Of a stretch of 64,000 nt of DNA, positions 1 through 12,392 are shown piece after piece. This DNA comes from Squalus acanthias (Eukaryota). The notes under the pieces were generated by a model. The model was not told the DNA's origin. It saw only the letters and a list, made by a program, of their open reading frames with translations, and searched no databases. The stretch covers positions 132,682,001 through 132,746,000 of the forward strand of contig CM059432.1 in NCBI GenBank assembly GCA_030390025.1, read 5' to 3'. Numbering within the stretch: position 1 is the stretch's first letter; every line of letters starts with the position of its first letter. The position numbers and the translations under genes were made by a program.

Positions 1-183
1 GCAGAGGATGTGCATTCAATGGGATTGCGGGGCCCTGCCATGCCGTTATTTATTAGACGAATAACTGAACTTCTTATTTTAACCACTGTCCTAACTTAGA
101 AAGAATAAAGACAAAATTATTTACTCAAGTTTAACAAGAACCACTGAGATACTAAACACAAAGAACTAGGTTAAGTATGTAGA

Positions 184-517
184 CCCCGTGTCTGCGTGGG
201 TTTCCTCCGGGTGCTCCGGTTTCCTCCCACAGTCCAAAAATGTGCGGGTTAGGTTGATTTGGCTATGATAAAATTGACCCTTAGTGTTAGGGGGGGATTA
301 AATATGTGGGGTTATGGGGATAGGATGGGATATGTTAGGGGGAATTAAATACGTGGGGTTACGGGGGTAGGGTGGGATATGTGTACTGTGGGGATTAAAG
401 CAGGGACAGGGTACTGGATTTGAATGATCAGCCATGATCGTATTGAATGGCGGAGCAGGCTCGACGGGCCGAATGGCCTACTCCTGCTCCTAGATTCTAT
501 GTTTCTGTGTTTCTATG
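184..517 (+). mobile_element. HE1-like V-SINE, 5'-truncated, with CR1-derived tail
   Basis: V-domain core gtgtctgcgtgggtttcctccgggtgctccggtttcctcccacagtccaaa; ends in CR1-type 3' stem-loop (gatcagccatgatc...ggcctactcctgctcct) plus (ttctatgt)n. Confidence 0.85.
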
Positions 518-1610
518 TTAACTTAGAGTCCTCGGGTTCTGTATCTCCACTCCTCCTTTGAGTTGGATGTGAGAAACCGCCTGCCCCCTCTCCACCGACT
601 TCCTACTGTCACCAAATTCTTCCACTTTGCTTCCAATCCACTCTGATTGCGATTCATGAAAGACATTGAAATCCCCCACCCAGAGTACATTCTGTGCCAT
701 TGCTACCCTCAGTGCTTCTTCCAAGTAGTGTTCAACATGGAAGAGTACTGATTCATCAGCTGAGGGCGGTAGGTGATAATCAGCAGGTTTCCTTGCCACG
801 TTTGACCTGATGTCATGAGACTTCATGGGGTCTGGAGTCAATGTTGAGGACTCCCAGGGTCACTCCCTCCCTACTGTGCCACCTCCTCTGGTGGGTCTGT
901 CCTAGGTTGATTTGGCTATGATAAATTGACCCTTAGTGTTAGGGGGGGATTAAATATGTGGGGTTATGGGGATAGGATGGGATATGTTAGGGGGAATTAA
1001 ATACGTGGGGTTACGGGGGTCGGGTGGGATATGTGTACTGTGGGGATTAAAGCAGGGACAGGGTACTGGATTTGAATGATCAGCCATGATCGTATTGAAT
1101 GGTGGTGCAGGCTCGACGGGCCGAATGGCCTACTCCTGCTCCTAGATTCTATGTTTCTATGTTTCTACCGATGGGACAGGACCTACCCAGGGATGGAGGA
1201 GCCTGGGATTTTGGCTGAAAGGTATGATTCTGTGAGTATGACTTTATCAGGCTGTTGCTTGACTAGTCTTGGGACAGCTCTCCCAATTTTGGCACAAATC
1301 CCCAGATGTTACTGAGGAGGACTTGGCAGGGTCGACTGGGCAGGGTCGACTTTGTCATGTCCAGTGCCTAGGTCAATGCCGGGTGGTCCGTCCTGTTTTA
1401 TTCTCAGTATACTTCTTTGTAGTGGTTTGGTACAACTGAGTGGCTTGCTAGGCCATTTGAGAGGGCAGTTAAGAGTCAACCACATTGCTGTGTGTCTGGA
1501 GTCACATATAGGCCAGACCAGGTAAGGATGGCAGATTTCCTTCCCTAAAGGACATTAGTGAACCAGATGGGTTTTTCTGACAATCCGGTAGTCACCATTA
1601 CTGATACTAG
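518..1610 (-). mobile_element. Decayed RTE-X-like LINE 5' part (APE endonuclease region), interrupted by a SINE at 903-1167
   Basis: ORF 518-841 has LEEALRVA..QNVLWVGDFNV (APE GDFN motif); sequence rejoins across the SINE as gggtctgtcc|..ccgatgggacagg. Confidence 0.65.
903..1167 (+). mobile_element. Second HE1-like V-SINE copy, more truncated
   Basis: Near-identical to 250-517, including the internal G-rich duplication and the CR1-type tail. Confidence 0.85.
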
Positions 1611-2754
1611 GGGCTAGAAATTCGGTATCTTAGCGCCTCCTGTTAGCGCCCGGGTGGGGTGCTAACGGGACGCTAACGGGGTGCTAAGGGCTTATTGCCC
1701 TGGTGCGGCGATTCCAACGCTGCCTGTGAAATTTAGTCGGCATTTAGCGCCGGCGCTAACACTTAGCGCCTGGCTCTCCAGCGACGCTCAGACTGTGACA
1801 TCAATGAGTGTGCAACGCCCCGTTAGCGCCCCGGATGTGAAATTCAGTCGCTTCCTCTGATTTACCGCCGGGTGCTGAGAACGACAGAAATAGCAGGCGT
1901 TGATACCTGGGATTGCCGCTCTCGGGGCGCTAGTTAAAGGGATCACTTCCCAGTTCATTGAGAGGTCAGATTCATTGCTGGCCCGTCTGGTCAACACCTC
2001 CACATCGACGTCCTTATCTGAGGCCTGTGCAGCAGAACTCACGTGCGAACTCATCCCCCGGGGAGATGGCCCCCGAGTTTCCCTTTCCCCGTGGATTGCT
2101 GCAGCCTGCTGGGTCCCGGAGCTTCACTCACATCAGACCCATGTACTAGACTCCCCTCCAGCGACCGCGTCGCCCCATTATCGGACCTAGCGCCTTCGGG
2201 AGACACAGGCAGTGAGGCTCTGGCTTGTTCTTCCTCCTCCTCTCCCGCGTCGCTGCCACTGGGAGGCTGAGGGACAGGCTGGTCATGTGGTGGCTGATTA
2301 TCTGAAAGCATAAAGGCACAAAAGTGGGGTTAAGGTCAGAGGAGGGGGGCAGGAAGGGAGCAAGGCATGGAGACAGTATACTTAGATGGAAAGTGAGAAA
2401 GTCTTGTGGATTGAGGGGGAAGTGGTATGAGAGAAGAGGGAGAGGTGATGAACATACCGTTGTTGTCCCCAAGGGGGTCGACGTCTCCGACGGCCACAGC
2501 GCCCATGACCTGGGCGGCAATGATGAGGCCCACTCGCTCCTCCAGGTCTGTAAGGGGGTGCAGGTCCGCCTCACCTCCTCCCGTTCGTACCTGCTCCCTC
2601 CTAATTGGGTCATGGGTTCCCACATGCTGGAACTCAATTGCCCAATTAAGTGAAAATTGCATCATTCATCCACATTAATCTGGAGTCGGTGGGAGGGGGA
2701 CACGAAATGTGGATGACACGACCCCAACCCGACCCCAAGACAAAATCCAGCCCT
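1611..2754 (-). mobile_element. Non-autonomous PIF/Harbinger element with part of the Myb/SANT gene
   Basis: Ends gggctagaaatt / aaaatccagccc, probable TAG TSD; minus-strand exons EQVRTGGGEADLHPLT..(donor near 2458) and (acceptor near 2304) DNQPP..EEEEE resemble exons 2-3 of the Myb gene at 48608-49896. Confidence 0.65.
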
Positions 2755-3421
2755 TAGTTTCCCCTCAATGACTTTGTAATGTAAATACGAATTGAGTTTG
2801 CATTGCCAATATATCATAGAGTCATAGCATGGTTACAGCACAGTAGAAGGCTGTTCAGCCCATCGAGCCCATGCCGGCTCTCTGCAAGAGCACTTCAGCT
2901 AATCCCACTCCCCTGCCCTTTCTCCATTGCCCTGCAAATTTTTTTCCTTCAAGTACTTGTCCAATTCCCTTTTGAAAGCCACGATCAGCCTCCACCACCC
3001 TTTCAGACAGTGCATTCCAAATCATAACCACTCGCTGCGTAAGAAAGTTTTTCCTCATGTGGCCTTTGGCTCTTTTGCCATTCACCTTAAATCTGTGCCC
3101 TCTGGTTCTCAACCCTTCCGCCAATGGGAACAGTTTCTCTCTATCTACTCTGTCTAGACCCCTCATGATTTTGAACACCTCTATCAAATCTCCTCTCAAT
3201 CTTCTCTGCTCTAAGGAGAACAGCCCCAGCCTCTCCAGTCTATCAAAGTAACTGAAGTCCCTCATCCCTGGAATCATTCTTGTAAATCTTTTCTGCATCC
3301 TCTCTAAAGCCTTCACATCCTTCCTAAAATGCGGTGCCCAGAATTGGACACAATACTCCAATTGAGGCCGAACCAGTGTTTTATAAAGGTTCATCATAAC
3401 TTCCTTGCTTTTGTACTCTAT

Positions 3422-4102
3422 GGACTGGACTTTGATACTGGGGCGGGTTGGGGTCGTGTCATCCACTTTTCGTGTTATCCACCCGACTGCAATTGGATGT
3501 GGGAGATTGATGCAATTTTCACCTAATTGGGCAATTGAGTTTCAGCATGTGGGAACCCATGAAGCAATTAGTGGTTTCAGTCTGAAAGTCGCCTCTGATG
3601 ATGTCATCATTGCTGCTGCATTGAAGGTCTGCAAAGACTGCCTGGCCTTTGCTGTGAGAGGACCTGGATGCAAAATGAGCAGCAGCAGCCCTAAGTCTGC
3701 TCCCAGATATTTTTGCACCACCACTCCCAGATATGTCTCCTCCTCATCCATCCATCCAGATACGTCTCTTCCTCATCCATCCATCCAGATATGTCTCCTC
3801 CTCATCCATCCATCCAGATATGTCTCCTCCTCATCCATCCAGATATGTCCAGCCAGCCAAATGTGCTCCCGCCAGGTTACACATTCGTGGTTCAGAACAG
3901 GTAGAAAAAGGGTTAAAATCACAAAGGCCTTTCAAAATGGCATTATAGAGGCAATTTAGAGTCGGGATCAGCAGACACGATTTAATGAAAATTGCGTGGA
4001 GGCGGGATAGAGGCGGGCTTGCGCCCGCCCGCCAGTTTTTGCAATTTTAACCCCCACACGTCTCCAAACCCCCACCTCCACGGGTCAATGAAAATCCAGC
4101 CC
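3422..4102 (+). mobile_element. Harbinger MITE / deletion derivative inserted in CR1
   Basis: Ends ggactggacttt / aaaatccagccc, TAT duplicated at 3419-3421 and 4103-4105; retains a Myb-like start MSSSSPKSAPRYF. Confidence 0.8.
3727..3850. repeat. 29-bp minisatellite, about 4 copies (ccagatatgtctcctcctcatccatccat)
   Basis: Units start at 3727, 3756, 3785, 3814 (25 nt) and 3839 (partial). Confidence 0.95.
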
Positions 4103-4372
4103 TATGTCTCTATTATAAAGCCCAGGATCCCATATGCTTTTTTAACTGCTTTCTCAATCTGTCCTGCCACCTTCAATGATTTGTGCACATATACCCCCAG
4201 GTCTCTCTGTTCCTGCATCCCATTTAGAATTGTACCCTTTAGTTTATAGTGCCTATCCTCATTCTTCCGACCAAAATGTATCACTTGGCATTTTTCTGCT
4301 TTAAACTTCATCTGCCACATGTCCGCCCATTCCACCAGCCTGTCTATGTCCTCTTGAAGTCTATTCCTATCC

Positions 4373-6508
4373 ACCCTCTTCTGCCTGGCTGAACTTGTTC
4401 TCACATTGAACAACTTCTCCTTTGACTCCACTCACTTTCTCCAAATTAAAGGTGTTGCGATGGGAACCCGCATGGGTCCTAGCTATGCCTGCCTTATCAA
4501 GGGATATGTGGAACATTCTTTGTTCCAGTCCTACTCAGGTCCCCTCCCTCACCTCATGGCTGTATTGGTGCTGTTTCCTGCTCTCGCCCTGAACTAGAAA
4601 AGTTCATTCACTTTGCTTCCAATTTCTGCCCTTTACTCACCTTCACATGGTCCATCTCTGACTCTTCCCTTCCCTTCCTTGACTTCTCTGTCTCCATTTC
4701 TGGGGATAGGCTATCGCCAAACATCTACTATAAGCCCACTGACTCCCACAGCTACCTGGACTACACTTCCTCCTCCCCCCCCCACCCACCACCCCCCGCT
4801 TCCTGTAACGACTCTATTCTATTCTCCCAGTTTCTCCATCTCCGCTGCATCTGTTCTGATGATGCCACCTTCCATAACTAATGCTTCCGATATGTCTTTT
4901 TCCTCAACTGAGGATTCCCCTCTACCATGGTTGACATGGCCCTCGACCGTGACCGTTCCATTTCCCACACTTCTGCTCTCACCCCTTCCCCTCCCTCCCA
5001 GAACCATGATAGGGTTCCCCTTGTTCTAACCTTTCACCCTACCAGCCTCCATATTCAATGCCATTTCCGCTACCTCCAGCGTGATCCCACCACCAAACAC
5101 ATCTTCCCGTCCCCTCCCTCTGCTCCCTCCGTGACACCCTGGTCCACTACTCAATCACCCCCAACAGCCCCATCCCTCCCCACGGCACCTTCCCGTGCAA
5201 GCGCAGGAGATGCAACACCTGCCTTTTCACCTCCTCTCTTCCCACTGTCCAGGGCCCCAAACACTCCTTCCAGGATTTACTTGTACTTCTCTTTAATTCC
5301 CCGCACCACTCCCACTCTGACCTCTCTGTCTCAGCCTCTTATACTGTTCCAACGAAGCTTAATGTAAGCTTGAGGAACAGCACCTTTTTTGTGCTGTAAA
5401 AATCACCAAGCAGTGTAGTTAGTTTATAAGATATGTTCTGCTGAGCTTAGGATATGTCTGTAGAATTTATTTTTGCTTTATACAACACCAGATTGCTGTA
5501 CAATTTATACATTAGTGACTGGTGGGAACAATTTGAGGTTATGAATTTTAAAAAGTATCTCCCAGGAAGCCTTTCACCAAACATTAAAGTGTGTTTACAA
5601 AAGCAAAATACTGCGGATGCTGGAAATCTGAAATAAAAACAGAAAATGCTGGAAATACTCAGCAGGTCAGGCAGCATCTGTGGAGAAAGAAATAGTGTAA
5701 GAGGCCGAGGACAGAGAGAATAGAGTGGGAGTGGAGTGGAGAATTAAAGTGACAGGTGACTGGAAGCTCGGGGTCACTCTTACGGACTGAATGGTGGTGT
5801 TCCGCAAAGCGGTCACCCAATCTACGTTTGGCCTCCCCAATGTAGAGGAGACCGCATCGTGAGCAGCGAATACAGTATATACTAACTTGCAAGAAGTACA
5901 AGTAAATCGCTGTTTCACCTGGAAGGAGTGTTTTGGGCCCTGGACAGTGGGAAGGGAGGAAGTTAAAGGGCAGGTGTTGCGGAACACCTCCATTCAGTCT
6001 ATAAGCGTGACCTCGAGCTTCTGGTCGCCTGTCACTTTAATTCTCCGCTCCACTCCCACTCTGACCTCTCTGTCCCCGGTCTCTTACATTGTTCCAACAA
6101 AGCTCAAAGTAAGCTCGAGGAACAGCAGCTCATCTTTCGATTAGGCACGTTACAGCCTTCTGGATTCAACATCAAGTTCAACAATTTCAGACCATAACCC
6201 CTGCCCCTATTTTATCAGACAGCAACTGTTGATGATTCTGCCATTCCCATTTGCAGCATTTAATCACTCCTGCATCCCACCCTATCACAGACCATCCTTT
6301 TTGTTCTTTCCTCCCCACCACCCCCCTTCCCTGCCTCTACACCTGGTTAAAATCTGTTACATCTCTAACTTTTTCGAGTTCTGACAAAGGGTCACAGACC
6401 TGAAACATTAACTCTGTTTCTCTCTCCACAGATGCTGCCTGACCTGCTGAGTATTTCCAGCATTTTCTGATTTTATTTCAGACTCCGGCATCCTCAGTAT
6501 CTTGCTAT
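4373..6508 (+). mobile_element. Decayed composite Penelope insertion: + RT/EN fragment 4373-5387, - fragment 5598-5975, + 3' part and pLTR 5976-6508
   Basis: NNFSFDSTHFLQIKGVAMGTRMGPSYACL (RT); YCIRCSRCGLLYIGEAKRRLGDRFAEH (GIY-YIG); 13-bp TSD tctattcctatcc 4360-4372 / tctatccctatcc 6509-6521. Confidence 0.85.
6381..6414 (+). ncRNA. Degenerate minimal hammerhead ribozyme motif in Penelope pLTR
   Basis: ctgacaa-agggtcacagacct-gaaac; CUGANGA box mutated to CUGACAA. Confidence 0.55.
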
Positions 6509-9225
6509 TCTATCCCTATCCTCCTCACTGTTCACTATACTTCCAAGTTTTGTGTCATCTACAAATTTTGAAATAGTGCCTTATACACCTAAGTCCACAT
6601 CATTAATATATATCAAGAAAAGCAGTGGTCCTAGTATCAACCCCTGGGGATCACCACTGTATACCTTCTTCCAGTCCGAAAAACAACCATTCACCACTAC
6701 TCTCTGTTTCCTGCCACTTAGTCAATTTCATATCCATGTTGCCGTTGTTCCTTTTATTCCATGGGTTTCAACTTTCCTGGCAAGCCTATCATGTGGCAGT
6801 TTATCAAATGCCTTTTGGATGTCCATGTACACCACATCAACCGCATTGCCCTCATCAACCCTCTCTGTTACCTCATCAAAAAATTCAATCAAGTTAACTG
6901 GCTTCCCTTAAATAGTCCACACTTGTCCAAATGACTCTTTCTAAAAAAATGTTTCCCATAACCCATTTTTTTCTTAGTATACCTAGTTCAGCTACTAATT
7001 CTGGTTGTAAGCAAACCATGCCATAAGTAACGCTGCTATCTGGCCAAGCCTGTTGCATTGTATAGTAAGTAACTTGCAGCTAGATTGTTCATCCATTCAT
7101 AGTCAATGGGCAAAAATCTAGCCATTGGTAACTTTTAGAAAGTAATGGATTGGAAATATTTTCAGTGTAGTGGGTTGGCCACTCGGAGTAAAATGACCCC
7201 AAATATAAAATAACTAATATGGGGGCAAATCTCCACCTGTTGGAAATTCTTCCAGCTGTAAAACAAGATCCAAAAATTCCTGAGCTATGTGTCTAAATAT
7301 GCTCATTCACTAGGGACAGAGGTCATAAGTTTCCAATGCCTGTTTCCAGTATCGGGCCGGGCTGCTTCAGTTGTCAGGAAAACAGCCGTTAAGCTCAGCA
7401 GCCAAGAAAGCTGATCCAATTATGTTGGCAATGTTGCAGTTTCTACATTCTTCAGGGACCTCTGGATCTGTTACTGTTAAGTTCAGTTCACAGCTAGCAC
7501 TAAAGGAATAACACCTTTGCAAATCCAACAAGACTGAAGTTTGTTGTCTGGGGCTTCAATATTACTTTCAAATGCGGGACTGGATGAACAACAGTTTTGG
7601 GAATATCTGGCTGGACCTCATTTCAGTTAAGGGAAGCTCCTGTGCCAGGTCAATAATGTAATATGCTGGTCTGTCTAATACCAAGTCCCATGTAAAAACA
7701 GACCAGCACCTATAGGGAACAATGTAAAGCCTTGTACATTACAATTACAGGATACAAAAGCTATAGTAAGTCAATTGTTCTTATTTTGGCTGCGCTAACA
7801 ACTCCCTTTATGTAAGCTCGCTAATGTCCAATGCCTAATAAAAATTACACGAAACAGAGGAGACCCAAGTAAAAGCGGCGATATTGTGTCCTATTGTGCC
7901 TTTTGTCTATTTCGTGGTCTACGCCCATGCAAACTGTGCAATTCTTCTCACCCTGTGAATATGTGTTGTGGTGCTGGCCTCTCTGCTTCCCTTCTGGTGG
8001 GAGATGGTTTGTAGGCAATGGTGGTACATTGTTGATGAATCAGTACCAGTGCAAGGAATGCGTTGAATAGTTACTGCGGAAGGCTCCCTGCTTTCTAGCG
8101 AAACACCAGAATAGAAATGTTGCCAGATCTCCATGACATTAGGGACAGTTATTGGCATGAGCTGCAATTCTGCATTCTGGGATGCCCCACTTAGACCATT
8201 GGGGTTGGGCATTTGCTTACGCTTGCTGTGGTATGAAGATAAGAAAATGTGCATCTATAAGGTGAGCAAAATCCTCTCTTATGACCAATGGTATTCGTTC
8301 TCCCAGTCTATTTAACCCTACCTTATTGCCCAAAGTATGTGGATGTGAGTATTCAGCTCAGATATGAAGTTGTCTGAGATGGACATTCCTCTGCTCCCCA
8401 ATCTCTCTTCTGCCATAGTATGCTTGGAGGCCATAAATTGTGGATTTTATGCTGGTGATGGTCAATTTGAAGGTGAGCGTCCTCTGTTTGGGCCTCAGGT
8501 GGTAGGATATCCTCAGTCACAAATTAGCCCTTCCAAACCACCTTCTACCCACTCCCTGCCACCCCAAGGTGCTGTGAGTGCTTCTGTGCTGGGGGCATTG
8601 TGAAGGGGCATAGCTCTGTCTCTGTGCTAATGCCTGGTTTAGTGCTGTTGGCTGTGTTAGTGCCTTCTGGTGAGATACAGTTCTGCCCTGGAATCTGGAT
8701 GATCCTGGCTGTTCTGGACAAAGAACACGAGGGTTGTGACGTAAGAAAACTACTAGGCACTTGGTCTAAGCGTTAAACAAAGCTTTAATCAACTGTTTTT
8801 CAACGTGGAGGTCTAGTTGTGTCCTTCACTAGTTCCTGTTGAAGAATGTCCTGAGCAAGCTGGGCCCATGCCCGAGTATTTATACTCTCCCTGGACAGCG
8901 CCACCAGCAGGCCGCCCCGTATTATTTCATAAGTCATTTCCACATGAATGACAAGATTCATGTCAGGTTGCTTTACAGGTAGAGTCTGAAAGTCCAAGGT
9001 ATTTCTTGTGCCTACCTACTACACAACAGATAATGAGTTCAATACTGGGATGCTTATCATGCATACTGCTGATGTGCATCAGCTGCAGGCAACCAGTATT
9101 GCTGGGTGCCAAGGTGTGATGTACACACGTTGCAAATAGTGCGCCATAATACATTGGGGAAGTGTCTGTGGTGCTGAGGCATTGCGCACTAAGTTCATTA
9201 AGACCCTCATAAATATTTTAAAAAA

Positions 9226-9642
9226 GTGGTCTGGCAACACCTCAATTTTAAAATTCTCATCCTTGTTTTCAAATCTCTCCATGGCCTCGCCCCTCCCTAT
9301 CTCTGCTACCTCCTCCAGCCCTACAACGCTCTGAGATCTCTGCGCTCCTCCAAATCTGACCTCTTACACATCTCTTTTAATCGCTCCACCATTGGCGTCC
9401 GTGCATTCAGCTGGCTAACCTCTGGAATTCCCTCCCTAAACCTCTCCCCCTCTCTACCTCTCTCTCCTCCTTTAAGATGCTCCTTAAATCCTATCTCTTT
9501 GACCAAGCTTTTGGTCATCTGTCTTAATATCTCCTTATGTGGCTCGGTGTCAGATTTTGTCTGATAACACTCCTGTGAAGCACCTTGGGATGTTTTACTA
9601 CGTTAAAGGCGCTATATAGATGCAAGTTGTTGTTGTTGTTGT
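9226..9642 (+). mobile_element. L2 LINE 3' fragment
   Basis: FKILILVFKSLHGLAPPYL..LRS; tail aaggcgctatatagatgcaag(ttg)n. Confidence 0.85.
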
Positions 9643-9759
9643 ATCGATGGCCCCCAAATCTGGTGCGAATACCACATGAAATGGGCATGGAGAGTGGGCC
9701 CTGAAGTCAGCCATATTAAGTCCTCTTTCTTAAATAAGAGTCTGCTTGGTAATTGCGGC

Positions 9760-10490
9760 ATCCTTTTCTATGTACCGGTTCTAGAGGAGGAAGAAGATCA
9801 TAGTAAGCAAGTGAGTTTACAATTTAGGTGCCCGTATACCACCACTCATATGTACAGGCCAAGGCATTCATGCCTGCAGATGTCCGAAGAGATCTGTATG
9901 CAGAGACAATGATTAGCCAGAGAGCCATGATGAAACTGTGTGATCTACTGCAGCGAGACCTTGAAACTACTTTGAGTACTGGGACAGCTCTGTCCCTAAC
10001 TGTCAAGGCAACTGCTGCCGTAAACTTTTATGATGCTGGGTTATTCCAAACAACAACAGGAAATGTGTGTCAAATCTCACAATTAGAAATGCACAGCTGC
10101 ATTGTTTATCTGAACAAGGGATTTCATTGCTTTGCTCGTGGGGGGCTTCTAGGGGAAACCGTGGATTATGACCCGTTTGACATACGCAAATCCAAACCGA
10201 AATTGAGATAATAATGAGGCACACACGGTGACCAGCGTATTTGGTGAAGCAAAGCTTGGAATCTGGTGGTACAGCTCAGCAAAGGTATCCCAAATTATTG
10301 TAGCCTGTTGCACCTTATGCAACTTTCTCCTGCAAAGGGACATTGCCATGGATTATGGAGAAGAGACTCAGCCTCAACCAGTGGCAAAAGGGGACCCTGA
10401 CCAGAAGCTAGCAGAGATGTCTGCAGAAGTAGTTTTTCAGACAGAAAGAGTCTATTGGCAGGCAGCAATGAACAACACATTCACTTAATT
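9760..10490 (+). pseudogene. Old, fragmented Harbinger transposase remnant
   Basis: KLCDLLQRDL..ALSLTVKATAAVNFYDAGLFQ..GNVCQISQ and YSSAKVSQIIVACCTLCNF match the N- and C-terminal motifs of the transposases at 22795-24047 and 50174-51396; catalytic centre largely missing. Confidence 0.75.
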
Positions 10491-10599
10491 GTCTGCACTA
10501 TCCAACGGTCATCTGCACATGTGCCTAAAAATCCTAGCAAAAAATCCTCACTATTATCCTTACTTTGAGACCCATGAATACTTCCCTGCAGAGGGCACT

Positions 10600-11000
10600 G
10601 GAATAGCAGTTCGCTTGATTGGCACCCCATCACTGGCTTAAACATCCACCCCCTCCACTGTCAGCATACAGTGGCTGCAGTGTGTACTATATACAGGATG
10701 CACTGTAGCAACTCGCCAAGACTTCTTTGACAGCACCTACCAAACCCACGACCTCCACCACCTAGGAGGACAAGGGCAGCAGGTGCATGGGAACACTTCC
10801 AACTTACCCTCCAAGCCACACACCTTCCTGACTTGAACATATATCGCCGATCCTTTATCGTCGCTGGGTCAAAATCCTGGAACTCCCTACCTAACAGCAT
10901 TATGGCAGTACCTTTACCACAGGGACTGTAGTGGTTCATGCAGAAGGCCCGCCCCTACCTTCTCATGGGCAACTAGGGATGGCCAGCGATGCCACCCTCT
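10600..11000 (+). mobile_element. RTE-X-like LINE 3' fragment
   Basis: Same family as 61812-62215 in the opposite orientation (gctgggtcaaaatcctggaactccct..gggcaactagggatgg). Confidence 0.7.
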
Positions 11001-11875
11001 TCCACTTGCTCTTTTCCCTTCAGGCCTAGAATGTCCTGTGTTCTCCTCTTGTGCAGAATCAATGGTAACCCACCACACCCCCATCCTCCCCCGGTCTACT
11101 TAGGCTGCACACCTCTGCTGCATGCAGATAGAAACGGGACATATATTGGAATGAAGAATCTGGAGAAGAAGTGTGTCATCCAAGTGTTCAGCACAGCAAC
11201 TATCTAATGTGAGTGTGTGAGCATGCAGCATTCAGCCACCTTGTTTTGTCCTCACTGGAGGATGTCCTTCAGCTCCCAAAAGGACCACTCTTCTATATAG
11301 GACTTTCTGCTTGTAGGACCTCCAAAGCTGCACCCTAAAATGGAGCTGTACTGCTTTGTCGTTGTTGTTAGCAAGAGAGTGTTGAGGGCAACTAGCAGCT
11401 CTTTAAATTACCTGATTTGTTGCCATTAATTGCACTGCAAGGTTTCAATGGCGTTAATGATAAATGTGTTCAGGCAGTTCTCCTTCATGGCTTCGAACAC
11501 ATAGGCATGCAACAGAAGCAAAAAGCTGTGAGGTGAATTTGTGGCAAAAAATGTAAAATGGTTGCAGGGTCAGAATGCACTGGCCTACAGTGACCTGTCG
11601 CTGAGAACTCTGGATGGGGAGTCAGCCTCACGGCAAACACATTTCTTTGCCAAAGTCCCTCACATGAGAACTTGGATTAAGCAGTGTGTGACAAGTAAGC
11701 TGTGTGTAAGGGAGTGGATCTGTACATCCAGAACATCACATTTGTATTGTACTAGATGCCTTGATATTCTGAAAGTCTAAGTCCACTGCAATGGCTGGAA
11801 TGTGCTACTTGAAGGCCCAGGGTGGCAACATGTGCTCATATCTCCAGGGTTCTGTGCCTACCATCATTAGAGAAA

Positions 11876-12200
11876 AGAAAGAAAGACTTGCATTTATATA
11901 GTGCCTTTCACAACCTTAGGGCGTCCCAAAGCGATTTACAGCCAATGAACTACTTTTGAAGTGCAGTCACTGTGGTGATGTAGGAAACGCAGCAGCCAAT
12001 TTGCACACAGCAAGGTCCCACAAACAGGAATGTGATAATGACCAGGTAATCTGTTTTAGTAATGCTGATTGAGGGATAAATATTGGCCAGGACACCAGGG
12101 AGAACTCCCCTGTTCTTCTTCAAAATAGTGCCATGGGATCTTTTATGTCCACCTGAGAGGGCAGACGGGGGCCTCCGTTTAACATATCATCTGAAAGGCA
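11876..12200 (-). mobile_element. Deu-domain SINE (SacSINE1-like), partial
   Basis: Reverse-complement match to 14087-14520. Confidence 0.85.
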
Positions 12201-12392
12201 TTTAATGAGACAAGCAGCTGCCACTGAACCTCCACATCTGCGACTGGTAGAATCACCTTTCAGTGGTGTGCGTCCGTCCTTTGGTGTTCATGCTGTATTC
12301 AAGAGAATGGTGGCAATGCAAACGCACAATTTATGATGAGTTGTGCAGATCATCATGTTACTCATGAGTCCTGATAAAGAAAAGAGAGAAAT

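Larger units (their letters stand above)
2812..6900 (-). mobile_element. CR1 LINE 3' fragment in three pieces (2812-3421, 4106-4372, 6522-6900)
   Basis: LYKTLVRPQLEYCVQFWAP..LEQRRLRGDLIEVFK and LQEDIDRLVEWADMWQMKF are CR1 RT C-terminal motifs; (catagagt) tail; pieces rejoin across TSDs. Confidence 0.9.

Noticed and set aside
2610..3562. Inverted repeats 2610-2753 and 3422-3562 as the TIRs of one element carrying CR1
   Set aside because: They face outward and belong to two separate Harbinger derivatives; the second has its own TAT TSD
3727..3850. CRISPR-like array
   Set aside because: Head-to-tail repeats without unique spacers, in eukaryotic DNA
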